From an uncultured Candidatus Micrarchaeota archaeon (lineage in GTDB: Archaea > Micrarchaeota > Micrarchaeia > Anstonellales > Bilamarchaeaceae): 64,000 nt of DNA. Numbering within the stretch: the first letter of the stretch is position 1; every line of letters begins with the position of its first letter. Below are positions 38,889 to 48,374 of the stretch, one piece after another. Below the pieces are notes generated by a model. It was not told the DNA's origin and did not search any database. It saw only the letters and a list, made by a program, of their open reading frames with translations. A program made the translations under genes and the position numbers. The stretch is from contig OY970229.1 in NCBI GenBank assembly GCA_963714085.1, positions 704,001 to 768,000 on the forward strand, read 5' to 3'.

Positions 38889-40240
38889 CGGTTCAACCTT
38901 GTCCTTTTGAGGAAGTCTATGTCGTTCCTGTAGAAAGCGCGTATGTCATCTAGCCCGAGCGTGATCATGAGCGGCCGCTCGAGCGAGAGCCCCCAGGCGA
39001 GCACAGGGTACACGCCTGCGAGCGGGATGCTGACCTCGGGCCTGAATATGCCGGCGCCGCCGAGTTCCAGCCACTGGCCCCTGGGCTCGTAGTAGACCTC
39101 CACCTCGAGGCTGGGCTCGGTGTAGGGGAAGAAGCTCGGACGGAAGCGTATCTTCTCGAAGCCGAGCTTGCGGTAGAATTCCTTGATGACACCCAGCAGG
39201 TCTGCGAAGGTCGCCCCCTCCCAGGCGATTATGCCCTCCACCTGGTGGAACTCCGCCAGGTGCTTGAAGTCCGTGGCCTCGTTCCTGAAGACCCTGCCTA
39301 TGGCGAAGAACTTCTTCGGTTTCCCGGGCTTCACGGATGAGAGGTAGCGGGCGCTGAGCGCGGTGGTGTGAGTCCGGAGCACTGTGCGCTTGGCCTCTGC
39401 CTCGCTCCACCTGTATTTCCATCCCTTCTCGTGGGCGTCCTTCACCTTCTTCACGAGGCCCTTGTCGGACGGGAGCGGGCTCTCGCCCCTGAGGTAGAAT
39501 GTGTCTGCCAGGTCCCTCGCGGGATGGTCCTGGGGCTGGAAGAGCGCGTCGAAATTCCAGAATGTGGACTCCACTATGGAGCCGTCCATCTCCTCGAAGC
39601 CCATCTCCGTCATTATGGAGGACAGGCGATCTTTGAAGGCGCTTATCACGTGCGCCTTGCCCAGCTGGGCGTCTGCTGCGGGCGCGGAGATGTCGAACTC
39701 CGGCATCTGCTCCGGGAGCGGCTTGCCACTGTACTTGACCACCGTGCGCCGCTCGGCCTTCTTCCTCACCAGGTTGCGCATGAACAGCTCGTCGAGCATC
39801 GCCGTGTCTGAGAGGGACCCGGACTCCTGCAGCTTTGCGAACGCCTCGGACATCCTGCGCTCTGCTGCGAGCACCTCTTCCTGGCTTTTCCTGGCCAGTA
39901 GCGCGCCCTTGTCGATCTCCACGAAGCCCTTCTTCCTGGCCCAGGGCAGGCCGAACTGCTTCTCCTCCTGGGATAGGGCGGACACGGGCTTGCCTGCAGC
40001 CGCTGCCCTGTAGACCCTGGCTTCCGGAGTGCCGCCTCCGGCGTAGCCCTTGAACTCTTCGGTTGGCGTGATGACCAGGCTCTCCACGGTGTCGACCGTG
40101 GCGTATCCCTCGCCTTTGAGCGACTCCACTATCCTCCGCACGCTGTCGACGTTCAGGCCCGACTCCTGCGCGAGCTGCTCCAGGCCGAGCTCGTTCCTCT
40201 GGGCGAGAATCCTGAGCACCGTGTCCTCTCCCTTGTACAT
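38885..40240 (-). CDS. pheS: Phenylalanine--tRNA ligase alpha subunit (archaeal type)
   Basis: FWNFDALFQPQDHPARD..DTF, LRTHTT, VFRNE..D..HLAEFHQVEG, FFPYTEPS, GAGIFRPE, WGLSLER. Confidence 0.97.
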   Translation of the reverse strand: MYKGEDTVLRILAQRNELGLEQLAQESGLNVDSVRRIVESLKGEGYATVDTVESLVITPTEEFKGYAGGGTPEARVYRAAAAGKPVSALSQEEKQFGLPWARKKGFVEIDKGALLARKSQEEVLAAERRMSEAFAKLQESGSLSDTAMLDELFMRNLVRKKAERRTVVKYSGKPLPEQMPEFDISAPAADAQLGKAHVISAFKDRLSSIMTEMGFEEMDGSIVESTFWNFDALFQPQDHPARDLADTFYLRGESPLPSDKGLVKKVKDAHEKGWKYRWSEAEAKRTVLRTHTTALSARYLSSVKPGKPKKFFAIGRVFRNEATDFKHLAEFHQVEGIIAWEGATFADLLGVIKEFYRKLGFEKIRFRPSFFPYTEPSLEVEVYYEPRGQWLELGGAGIFRPEVSIPLAGVYPVLAWGLSLERPLMITLGLDDIRAFYRNDIDFLKRTRLNR

Positions 40241-40241
40241 C

Positions 40242-41063
40242 TCATTCCTCCCTTTTCTTCTTGGCTATGGTTATGTACACGTAGCTCCCCACGAGTATGG
40301 CGATGATCGCGAGGAATGCCATGCCGTGCTGGCTGTTGACCGTGTTCTGGAGATTCTGCAACGCATTCGTGAAGTAATCCCCGACCTCCTGGTCTATGGT
40401 CTTCTCCACGTCGAAGACCACGGAGAACCGCGCGAGCACCATGTCGTTCCACGAGTAGACCTCCCCGTTGGCGCTGCCCTGGGAGGTCGTCGGCGAGGGA
40501 TTGATCTCCACGATGCTGCTTCCCTGGGGCAGCTCCAGCGTGAGCCAGATGTCGGGACCGAGCAGCGTGGTGCCGCCGGCTACCGATGTGAAGGACAGGG
40601 CGTCCGGGTTGAGCGAGTACCTCGTGGTCCTCGGCTTGTAATTATACATCGCGAAGAGGCCGGTGCCGTTTATGGGGACGGAATTGTTGTATACGGGCGT
40701 CACGGTATATGCCATCCTCAGCTCGCCGTGGCACAGGTCCAGGAACGGGTTGCACTCCGTCATGGGCTGAGGCTGGAGCCCGAAATTCTCTATCACCACC
40801 AGCGCCGGGTTGACGTGCTCCCTGACGTCGCTTAGATTGATGAGGGTGGACCAGCTGTCCAGGCCGCTGGAGGACTCCAGGGCGCTGTCATAGAGCTGCT
40901 CTGACAGGTTGCCCCTGACGATGAATTTGATGGATTCGACGACCTGTGCCGAGCCGTCGGCCTGGATGTTGGATATGTTGACATGGACGGATTCGAGCGT
41001 GAAATCAGCGCTGACCAGTGCTGCCAGTGAGAGCATTATGACGAAAAACAACAGGCCTCTCAT
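40242..41063 (-). CDS. Exported protein with C-terminal TM anchor
   Basis: Signal peptide, C-terminal TM plus KKKREE; first gene of the pheS operon. Confidence 0.75.
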   Translation of the reverse strand: MRGLLFFVIMLSLAALVSADFTLESVHVNISNIQADGSAQVVESIKFIVRGNLSEQLYDSALESSSGLDSWSTLINLSDVREHVNPALVVIENFGLQPQPMTECNPFLDLCHGELRMAYTVTPVYNNSVPINGTGLFAMYNYKPRTTRYSLNPDALSFTSVAGGTTLLGPDIWLTLELPQGSSIVEINPSPTTSQGSANGEVYSWNDMVLARFSVVFDVEKTIDQEVGDYFTNALQNLQNTVNSQHGMAFLAIIAILVGSYVYITIAKKKREE

Positions 41064-41154
41064 GGATGTAATGTGACTGGTAACGTATAAAAAGTTATTT
41101 AAAGCGCGGCGGGCAAGAAGAATGAAATATCAACGATAGATCATCGGTGAAACT

Positions 41155-42243
41155 GTGAAACACACCATCGCTACCATAGGAAGCCATTCCGCCCTCGACG
41201 TGTGCGAGGGCGCCAAGGCGGAAGGGTTCAAGACGCTCGTGGCATGCCAGAGGGGCAGGGAGAGGACTTATCTCGGCCCTTATAAGACGAGGATGCGCGG
41301 CAAGGACGAGATCGGCGTGGTGGACGAGCTGCTCCTGCTGGACAAATTCTCCGAGATAGCCGGCCCGAAAGCGGTCGGATTCATGAAAGAGCGCGACGCT
41401 GTATTCGTCCCGAACCGCTCCTTCTGCGTCTACGTGGGCTATGACAATATCGAGAAGGGCTTCCCGATACCAATCTTCGGCAACCGGAGCCTGCTCAGGG
41501 CCGAGGAGCGCGATGCCCCGAAGAACCAGTATTACCTCATGGAGAAGGCCGGAGTGCGGTTCCCCAAAGAGATCAGGACCCCGGACAAGATAGACCGGCT
41601 AGCGATAGTCAAGGTGTCCGAGGCCAAGCGGAGCTACGAGAGGGCTTTCTTCCTCGCCAGGAATCCGGATGAATACCGGCAGAAAAGCGGCGAGCTGTTG
41701 AAGTCCGGAAAGATCACCGAGGACGGGCTGAGGAAGGCGAAGATAGAGGAGTACGTGATAGGCGCGCACTTCAACCTGAATTTCTTCTATTCCCCGCTGC
41801 ACGGCGAGCTCGAGCTGATGGGAGTGGACACCCGCAGGCAGACCAATCTCGACGGATTCCTGAGGATGCCCGCGGACCAGCAGCTGGAGACGCTCAAGGT
41901 CGCGCAGCCGACTACGATTGAAGTCGGGCACATCGCCTGCACGCTCCGCGAGTCGCTCCTGGAGCAGGTCTTCGAGCTCGGCGAGAGGTTCGTGCATGCG
42001 GTAGAGAAGGAGTATCCGCCCGGCATAATCGGGCCCTTCGCGCTGCAGGGGGCGTTCTTAGAGGAAGGCAGGGAGGAGTTCGTCTGCTTCGACGTCTCGC
42101 TCCGCATCCCGGGCTCTCCCGGCACGCGCTTCACTCCGTACTCCGGCTATTTGTTCAGGGAGAACATCTCATTCGGCCGCAGGATAGCCATGGAGATAAG
42201 GGACGCTGAAAAAAAGAAGATGATGGAAGCGGTAACGACTTAG
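41155..42243 (+). CDS. purP: PurP-family formate:AICAR ligase (FAICAR synthetase, ATP-grasp)
   Basis: IATIGSHSALD..GAK.EGF, PNRSF..YVG, GNR, ERAFF, IEE, VGH, RESLL, IIGPFALQ, GRRIA.EI. Confidence 0.9.
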   Translation: MKHTIATIGSHSALDVCEGAKAEGFKTLVACQRGRERTYLGPYKTRMRGKDEIGVVDELLLLDKFSEIAGPKAVGFMKERDAVFVPNRSFCVYVGYDNIEKGFPIPIFGNRSLLRAEERDAPKNQYYLMEKAGVRFPKEIRTPDKIDRLAIVKVSEAKRSYERAFFLARNPDEYRQKSGELLKSGKITEDGLRKAKIEEYVIGAHFNLNFFYSPLHGELELMGVDTRRQTNLDGFLRMPADQQLETLKVAQPTTIEVGHIACTLRESLLEQVFELGERFVHAVEKEYPPGIIGPFALQGAFLEEGREEFVCFDVSLRIPGSPGTRFTPYSGYLFRENISFGRRIAMEIRDAEKKKMMEAVTT

Positions 42244-42653
42244 AAATAGTCGCTGTTGCAGTTCAGGAGCACGTTCTGCCCCAGCAGCTTCGCCGCTTTC
42301 CTCGGCTTGTCCACCCTCAGCGCGAACACTCCTTCCGATGTCGAAGTGGAGATCGTCGAAAGGTCGTCTATGTTCACCCGGGCCCTTGTCAGCTTTTCCG
42401 TGACTTTCGAGAGGTCGTTGAGGTGGTTTGAGACCTTTATCACTATCGCGTCGAGCGCGGCCGTGTTGTAGCCGTTGCTTTCCAGGATGGTTTTCGCCTT
42501 CTTCGGGTCCCTCACAAGCAAGGATATCACCGCCTTTGCGCCCACGACCTCGATGTTCAGGCTCTCTATGTTCACGCCCGATTTGCCGAGCACATAGGAG
42601 ATATCCGCCATCAAGCCCACCCTGTCTTCCGCGATAACAGTCACCGATTTCAT
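42240..42653 (-). CDS. Tandem ACT domain protein
   Basis: EDRVGLMADIS..LG..GVNI, second ACT-like unit; start at MKSVTV. Confidence 0.8.
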   Translation of the reverse strand: MKSVTVIAEDRVGLMADISYVLGKSGVNIESLNIEVVGAKAVISLLVRDPKKAKTILESNGYNTAALDAIVIKVSNHLNDLSKVTEKLTRARVNIDDLSTISTSTSEGVFALRVDKPRKAAKLLGQNVLLNCNSDYF

Positions 42654-42727
42654 TCCAACACCTTCATTCATTTTTTTCTCTGGTCAATCTAAACTTTGGT
42701 TTATAAAAGATATATAAAAAATAAATA

Positions 42728-43042
42728 CTAAAGCAGCTGGACCACGTCGCTGCTTATCGAGTCGAGGCTCCTGAAGGCGTCGTAGCACTCATTGCCGCCG
42801 TGCATCAGCGCCCTGACCTTGGCCTTGTTCAAGGCCTTCACTATGCGTACTTTCTCGGTCCTGGAGATGGCCATGCCCTGCTGCCGTAAGATGTTTCTGA
42901 GCCGTGCCGCATTGCCTACAATGTCGGAGCATGCTGACTCGGAGAACTCTGCGGTTTCCAAGGCATCGACCAGGTCGCTCCTTCTTTCAGTCGCGTCCTC
43001 TCCGCCCAACCCAAACAGGTTCTTTATTCCGAACATATCCAT
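42728..43042 (-). CDS. Hypothetical protein
   Basis: 104-aa ORF with GGTGGGGGG SD-like element upstream. Confidence 0.55.
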   Translation of the reverse strand: MDMFGIKNLFGLGGEDATERRSDLVDALETAEFSESACSDIVGNAARLRNILRQQGMAISRTEKVRIVKALNKAKVRALMHGGNECYDAFRSLDSISSDVVQLL

Positions 43043-43250
43043 CCCCCCACCAGATACTACTAGGATTAAGGTTGTATATATAGGTTACGCCATATTTCAT
43101 GTGTAAACAAACATTTTCTTATAGTTATTATGCTAAAAAAAACAAGAATTGGACATTATCCGGGAACTCATCGAGGTAAAAGCACCTATGCCTAGCTGTT
43201 ATAACAGCCCGCCCTATCTTTTTTATATCCTTTCCGGCTATTCTAGCCTT

Positions 43251-44135
43251 ATGAGGATTGTAATAGCCGACCAGATGGAAGACGAGGTCGTCGAGGCGAT
43301 AAGGAAACTCGGGATCGTGGAGTATAAGCCGAAGGACCTCCCCGGAGCCGTCACCGGGGCCGATGCCCTGGTCGTGCGCAGTGCGACCAAGGTCACGAAG
43401 GACCTCCTTTCGCACGCGGACAGGCTCAGGCTCGTGGTGCGCGCCGGCGTGGGCCTTGACAACATCGACGTGAGCACCTGCGAAGAGAGAAGTATAAAGG
43501 TCATGAACACGCCCGGCGCATCCACCAACGCCGTTGCGGAGCTCACGTTGGGTCTCATTATCTGCCTGCTGAGGAACGTCGGTAAGGCCCATTTCCAGAT
43601 GAGGAATGGTACCTGGGACAAGAAAGGTCTGATGGGGAAGGAGCTGGCGGGCAGGACGCTCGGGATCGTGGGCTACGGAAGGATAGGCTCCGCCGTGGGG
43701 CATAAAGCCGCAGCCCTGGGCATGAAGATAATCGCCTACAACATTCCGCCAAGGCACGAGGACGGCATCGTGGGATACGTGGAGACCCTGGATGAGCTGC
43801 TCTCGCGATCCGATGTCATCACCCTCCATACCACGCTCACTCCGGAAACGCGGCACATGATAGGCAAAGAGGCGATCTCGAGGATGAGGGACGGCGCTTA
43901 CATCATCAACGCCGCCAGGGGCGGGCTTATCGAAGAGGAAGCGCTTTATCAGGCGTGCAAGAGCGGCAAGATTGCCGGGGCCGCGCTCGATGTCTACGAA
44001 TCCGAGCCCTACACCGGAAAACTCCTCGGGCTGGATAACATCGTTTTCACGCCGCACCTCGGAGCGAGCACGGTCGATGCGCAGGCGAGGATAGGCGACG
44101 AACTGGTCGCGATACTGAAGAAGGAGTTGGGATAG
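43251..44135 (+). CDS. serA: D-3-phosphoglycerate / D-2-hydroxyacid dehydrogenase (short form without ACT)
   Basis: VRSATKVT, RAGVGLDNID, AVAEL, GIVGYGRIG, INAARG, ALDVYESEP, TPHLGAST. Confidence 0.8.
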   Translation: MRIVIADQMEDEVVEAIRKLGIVEYKPKDLPGAVTGADALVVRSATKVTKDLLSHADRLRLVVRAGVGLDNIDVSTCEERSIKVMNTPGASTNAVAELTLGLIICLLRNVGKAHFQMRNGTWDKKGLMGKELAGRTLGIVGYGRIGSAVGHKAAALGMKIIAYNIPPRHEDGIVGYVETLDELLSRSDVITLHTTLTPETRHMIGKEAISRMRDGAYIINAARGGLIEEEALYQACKSGKIAGAALDVYESEPYTGKLLGLDNIVFTPHLGASTVDAQARIGDELVAILKKELG

Positions 44136-44146
44136 GAGAAATAGAA

Positions 44147-44812
44147 TCAGCGCAATATTCCTTCTGAGAGAAGCTCGTCCGAGAACGTGCGCTTCTTCTC
44201 CTTCGGCGCCTCCTCTTTCTGTTCCTGCGCCTCTTTCTTCGAGTCCGGATGGGAAGCGCCCTCGATCTCTATTACCTGCGGTTCTGAGGGGGGCGATATC
44301 AGCACGGCCGGTGCGGACTCTCCTTTCGGTTCGGCTGGCGCTGCTTCCGCCGCTTCATCCTCTTCAGCGGTCGTGGTCTCTTCCGCCGGTTCTGGATCCC
44401 CTTCGGTCGCGGTGCCGGCTTCCTCCGTGCCCTCCTCCGCCGGCTCTTCGCCCTCCTCCCCGCCCTTCGTTATCGCATCGTGCGAGAGCACCTTCTTCCG
44501 CATCTTCTTCTCCGGCTTCGGGTCGTCCTTCGCCGCGGCGGCCTTCTTATCATCGCCGTCCTTCCGGGCGAAATCCTGCGCGGCCTTGCCTTTCGGGAAT
44601 GCGGTGACGCCGTGGCATTTTATCGGGAGCCCGAGCTCCTCAGCGAGGCGCAGGAGCTCGGCCGTGGGGAGCTTGTGCTTGCTCACAAGATACGGCACCA
44701 TCCCCCATACGGTCTTCTCGTAGGTCACCTTGAGGACATGGAGCTGCCTGATGCCGCCGACCTTGGCATGCACCTCCACGGAGCCCGTTTTGAGTATCTC
44801 CTCTGTTTTCAT
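44147..44812 (-). CDS. Hypothetical protein with long acidic disordered tail
   Basis: About 85-aa folded-looking N-terminus followed by a Glu/Ala/Pro-rich region; 4 nt downstream of the NAD kinase. Confidence 0.7.
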   Translation of the reverse strand: MKTEEILKTGSVEVHAKVGGIRQLHVLKVTYEKTVWGMVPYLVSKHKLPTAELLRLAEELGLPIKCHGVTAFPKGKAAQDFARKDGDDKKAAAAKDDPKPEKKMRKKVLSHDAITKGGEEGEEPAEEGTEEAGTATEGDPEPAEETTTAEEDEAAEAAPAEPKGESAPAVLISPPSEPQVIEIEGASHPDSKKEAQEQKEEAPKEKKRTFSDELLSEGILR

Positions 44813-44816
44813 TCTC

Positions 44817-45539
44817 TCACTTGAGGAACCGGATGGTATTACCTGCGCGCACGAGGACCTTCTCGCCCGCCTTGACATTCCGGATGAATATGCCGTCCAC
44901 GATGAAACCTGATTGCCGGTTGGATTTTATCTCTACCGTTGCGTTGCCCTGGAGCAGGGACGGCTTGAACAGCTGCTTGTAGGGGCAGATGGGAACCACC
45001 ACGATCCTGCGCGAGGCGAGCGGAAGCCTCCTGCCCCCGGCGGAATAGGCGTACGCGTAGGAGCCGGTCGCGGTTGAGACGATTATGCCGTCTGCCTCGA
45101 ACCAGTGGTCCTTGCCGGCCATGCGGACGTCCAGCTCGATCACGCGGTAGTCGTTGGCATGGACCACGAAGTCGTTTATAGCCGAATAACGCATCCTTCC
45201 GCAGCGCGCCTCCAGCATCTGGCGGGATTCCGTACTCGCCTTCCGCATGAGCGGCAGCAGACCCTTCTTCCAGTTCCTCCTCGTGAGCTGGCATATGAAG
45301 GAGCGTTCGCCGCCTATCCCGAGCACATCGCCCTCTATGCGGTTCCGGTGGTTCGCATAGAGTATGGTACCGTCCCCTCCTATGCATATCGTAAGCTCCG
45401 CGCCTTTCACCACGACCCGCTTGCCGGCGGCTCGGAGGTGCCTGCTCACCTGCTTCGCGGTCTCCTTGGCCCAGTGCTTGAGCGGGTTCGCGATGACTTT
45501 CACGGTGCAGTATCCTGTGGCTTTGTTTTTGGAGCGCAT
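44817..45539 (-). CDS. nadK: NAD kinase
   Basis: GGDGTIL, AIND, DGIIVSTATGS.AY.YSAGG, PICP. Confidence 0.9.
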   Translation of the reverse strand: MRSKNKATGYCTVKVIANPLKHWAKETAKQVSRHLRAAGKRVVVKGAELTICIGGDGTILYANHRNRIEGDVLGIGGERSFICQLTRRNWKKGLLPLMRKASTESRQMLEARCGRMRYSAINDFVVHANDYRVIELDVRMAGKDHWFEADGIIVSTATGSYAYAYSAGGRRLPLASRRIVVVPICPYKQLFKPSLLQGNATVEIKSNRQSGFIVDGIFIRNVKAGEKVLVRAGNTIRFLK

Positions 45540-45640
45540 TGATGGAAGATTGCTGAGTACGGTTTTAAATGATAACCCTGCGGCTCACAAGGATAAGGAA
45601 AAAATAAATAAAAAGAAAGGGGGGATGGGATGAACGCTCT

Positions 45641-46720
45641 TCAGCCCAGGACTTCGAGGTCACCGTAGGTCTGGGGGAGGGCCGACGGCTCCTCCTCGCT
45701 GTAGGAGCTCCCTGCTATGGAAGCGCCCTTCACGCCCGTGACGATGGCCACGATCTCCAGCTTGCCCTCGTAGTTCTGCATTATCCTGGCGCCCCATTTC
45801 ACGTTGGCCTCGGCGTCCATCTTCTCGGTGATCATCTCACCGGCTTTGATGGCATCACCGAGCGTGAGGTCCGAGCCGCCGGTTATGTGGATGAGCGCGC
45901 CCTTTGCGCCCTCGAAGTCCACGTCGAGCAGCCTGTTCTTTATGACACCCTCGGAAGCTGCGCGCACCTTGTCCGTGCCCTTGCCCTCGCCGACCGCGAT
46001 GAAGCCCACGCCTCCGCCTTCCATGATGGAGCGGACATCAGCGAAGTCGATGTTGATGAGCGACGGCTGTGTGATCGTCCATACGAGGCCTGATATCGCC
46101 CTTGCGAGGATCTCGTCAGCGACCGCGAACGCTTCCGCCATCGGCAGGTTCGGGACCAACTGGACCAGCCTGTTGTTGTCGAGGATGATCACCGAGTCGC
46201 AGCTCTTCTTGAGCTTGCCGATGCCCTCGTCGGCCTTCTTCTTCCTCGCCCTTTCCAGCGAGAACGGGTAGGTCACCATCGAGACGACGATAGCGCCCTG
46301 CTCCTTGGCTATCTGCGCCACGACCGGAGCGGCACCACCACCGGTTCCTCCGCCCATGCCCGCGCATATGAACACCAGGTGAGCGCCTTCCAGCTCCTTC
46401 TCAATGAGCGGCCTGTCCACCTCAGCGGATTTGGCGCCCACGTCCGGGTAGCCTCCTGCGCCGAGGCCTTTGGTCACCGAGCGGCCTATGAGCACCTTCT
46501 TCGCCCTCTCGTGGACGATGTTCAGGTGCTGCTTGTCCGTGTTTATGGCGACGAGTTCCGTGCCTTTGACGCCAGACTTTATCAGCCTGTTTATGGTGTT
46601 GTTGCCAGCGCCACCGACACCCACAGTCACGATCTTTATCGTCTCAGAGCTGAGCGATTCGCTCGTGCTGGATTCTTCCACAACGCTTTCCCCCATAACT
46701 GATTTCACAAGGTCTTCCAT
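45641..46720 (-). CDS. ftsZ: Cell division protein FtsZ (FtsZ2-like)
   Basis: GVGGAGNN, NTD, GLGAGG.P, GMGGGTGGG, DNNRL; TQPSLINIDFADV and ALIHITGG resemble archaeal FtsZ2; start uncertain (46720 or 46765). Confidence 0.95.
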   Translation of the reverse strand: MEDLVKSVMGESVVEESSTSESLSSETIKIVTVGVGGAGNNTINRLIKSGVKGTELVAINTDKQHLNIVHERAKKVLIGRSVTKGLGAGGYPDVGAKSAEVDRPLIEKELEGAHLVFICAGMGGGTGGGAAPVVAQIAKEQGAIVVSMVTYPFSLERARKKKADEGIGKLKKSCDSVIILDNNRLVQLVPNLPMAEAFAVADEILARAISGLVWTITQPSLINIDFADVRSIMEGGGVGFIAVGEGKGTDKVRAASEGVIKNRLLDVDFEGAKGALIHITGGSDLTLGDAIKAGEMITEKMDAEANVKWGARIMQNYEGKLEIVAIVTGVKGASIAGSSYSEEEPSALPQTYGDLEVLG

Positions 46721-46946
46721 GTTTCCACCTTTTTGGTCACCCAATTTACCCAAATTCTGCACCATTATCGGGCTTTCATACCCATGATTTTTCGGGAGGA
46801 TTTTGGGTACGCAATGCTTGGACTTTTCCGCATTTAAATACTTGAGCGTTTACGCCTGAGCAATTGCGCCGTGTCAGAGGCGGTATTACCACAACAGACC
46901 GTCCGAAGGGGTAAATCATATAAATGTATTTAGTGAATGCATGCAC

Positions 46947-47183
46947 ATGGTACGCGTGATAACGATAATGGACGACGTGTATGCCGAATTGTACAAGCTC
47001 AAGACATCCAAGGCGATGTCATTCTCGGAAGTGATGCGCTACCTCCTGCACGAGCGCTCCAAGGAGGGCAGGTCCATAATCGGCCTTGCGGGCAGCGTGA
47101 ACGAGGCGGACATAGACAGGAGAGCCGTGAGCATGATAAGGAGGGGAAGGGGCGTGCTCGGCTGGAAGAGCATGTCTGACTGA
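46947..47183 (+). CDS. VapB-like antitoxin (archaeal RHH type)
   Basis: RVITIMDDVYAEL..LK....SFSEV...LL, LAG; upstream of a PIN gene. Confidence 0.75.
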   Translation: MVRVITIMDDVYAELYKLKTSKAMSFSEVMRYLLHERSKEGRSIIGLAGSVNEADIDRRAVSMIRRGRGVLGWKSMSD

Positions 47184-47193
47184 AGGTGCTTTG

Positions 47194-47562
47194 ATGGAGA
47201 AGATATGTCTGGATTTCGAAGCGGCCCTGGATTTCCTGCGGGGCGAGACGGCCACCATCGAGAAGATAAGATGGTACGCCGACAGGGAGGACCTGTGCAT
47301 CACTGCTTTCAGCGTCGCGCACCTAATGGAAGCTATCAAGAAACCGGACTTGGTGAGCAGGTTCACGAACTCCGTGACCGTCCTTCCGTTCGACAAGAAA
47401 TGCGCGGACATCCTCTGCAGGCTCATCGATGAGGCGCGGGAGCGCCAGCTCAAGACCATGGATCATCTTGTCACAGCGTCGATATGCATGGCCAACGACG
47501 CGTTCCTTTTCACCAGGTCGCCTGCGAACTACGAGGGCATAAAGGGACTTAGAAGAGTCTAG
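47194..47562 (+). CDS. VapC-like PIN domain protein (degenerate active site)
   Basis: ICLD...LDFLRG, VLPFD..CA, D.L.TASI, LFTR...Y..I.GL. Confidence 0.72.
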   Translation: MEKICLDFEAALDFLRGETATIEKIRWYADREDLCITAFSVAHLMEAIKKPDLVSRFTNSVTVLPFDKKCADILCRLIDEARERQLKTMDHLVTASICMANDAFLFTRSPANYEGIKGLRRV

Positions 47563-48317
47563 TGCGGCCTGCGCACCTGATGTGGCATGCCGTCCTCAGG
47601 AATCCAGGTGATCGTATTATCTGGCGACGGGCTGCGTTGCGCTGCTCTGGCTACCTCCGCGGGAAGCAGGGTCTCGGTTCTTCCAATCACCCTGTCCAGC
47701 TCATCCAGCTTGGCCGGAGGGAGTGTTAGCGTGAACCACCACAAGGCGAGCTGCCCGTCCGAGGTGAATAGGCCGAATGCTCTGCTAAGATGCTCGCGCC
47801 TGCATATGGCGTCGCTTTTTTCATATCTGTTGTCATGAACCGCGATCGCCTCGTCAAGAGCCGCGGCATTTTTCTTCCCCAGCTCCCTGGCGCCCCACCT
47901 CAGCGGAATCTTCTGAAACGGTTTGGCGTCGTCCACCAGCTTCCTGAGGTTTTCGAATTCTCTTGGGGTGCACATCTTGTCCAGCTCATCCAGCTTGTCC
48001 TGACGGAATCTCGCAGAGAACAACAGCAAGGCGAACCTCTCCTCCGGACTGGATACGGCGAACATGTCGTGAATATGCGGGCGCCTGCGTATGGCGTCGG
48101 ATTCTTTATCTTCGGTTTTCAGGCTCGCAATCTGCCGATCGAGGCTTGCAAGGTCGCCTGGCAAAAGCTGCACGGCGCCCCAGCCCAGCGCGCGCCGCTG
48201 TAACGGCTTGGCTCGGTCCACCAGCGTCCAGACGTGCGTGAATCTTGTTGGAACGGGATTTCGAGGGGGGCGCGTTTGCTCTGCCATTCTTTGATGTAAA
48301 AGCCGTTCGTCTGCCAT
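47559..48317 (-). CDS. Hypothetical protein with two tandem copies of a ~90-aa unit
   Basis: LVD.AKP.Q...L.WGA..L......LD..IA.....E.SDAI.RR.H....F........AL........KLDELD occurs twice. Confidence 0.75.
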   Translation of the reverse strand: MADERLLHQRMAEQTRPPRNPVPTRFTHVWTLVDRAKPLQRRALGWGAVQLLPGDLASLDRQIASLKTEDKESDAIRRRPHIHDMFAVSSPEERFALLLFSARFRQDKLDELDKMCTPREFENLRKLVDDAKPFQKIPLRWGARELGKKNAAALDEAIAVHDNRYEKSDAICRREHLSRAFGLFTSDGQLALWWFTLTLPPAKLDELDRVIGRTETLLPAEVARAAQRSPSPDNTITWIPEDGMPHQVRRPH

Positions 48318-48374
48318 TCCATCACTTTTATAACGTAGTCCGCAAAGTTTTAATTAGTTCTAGTCCCGCGGTGC

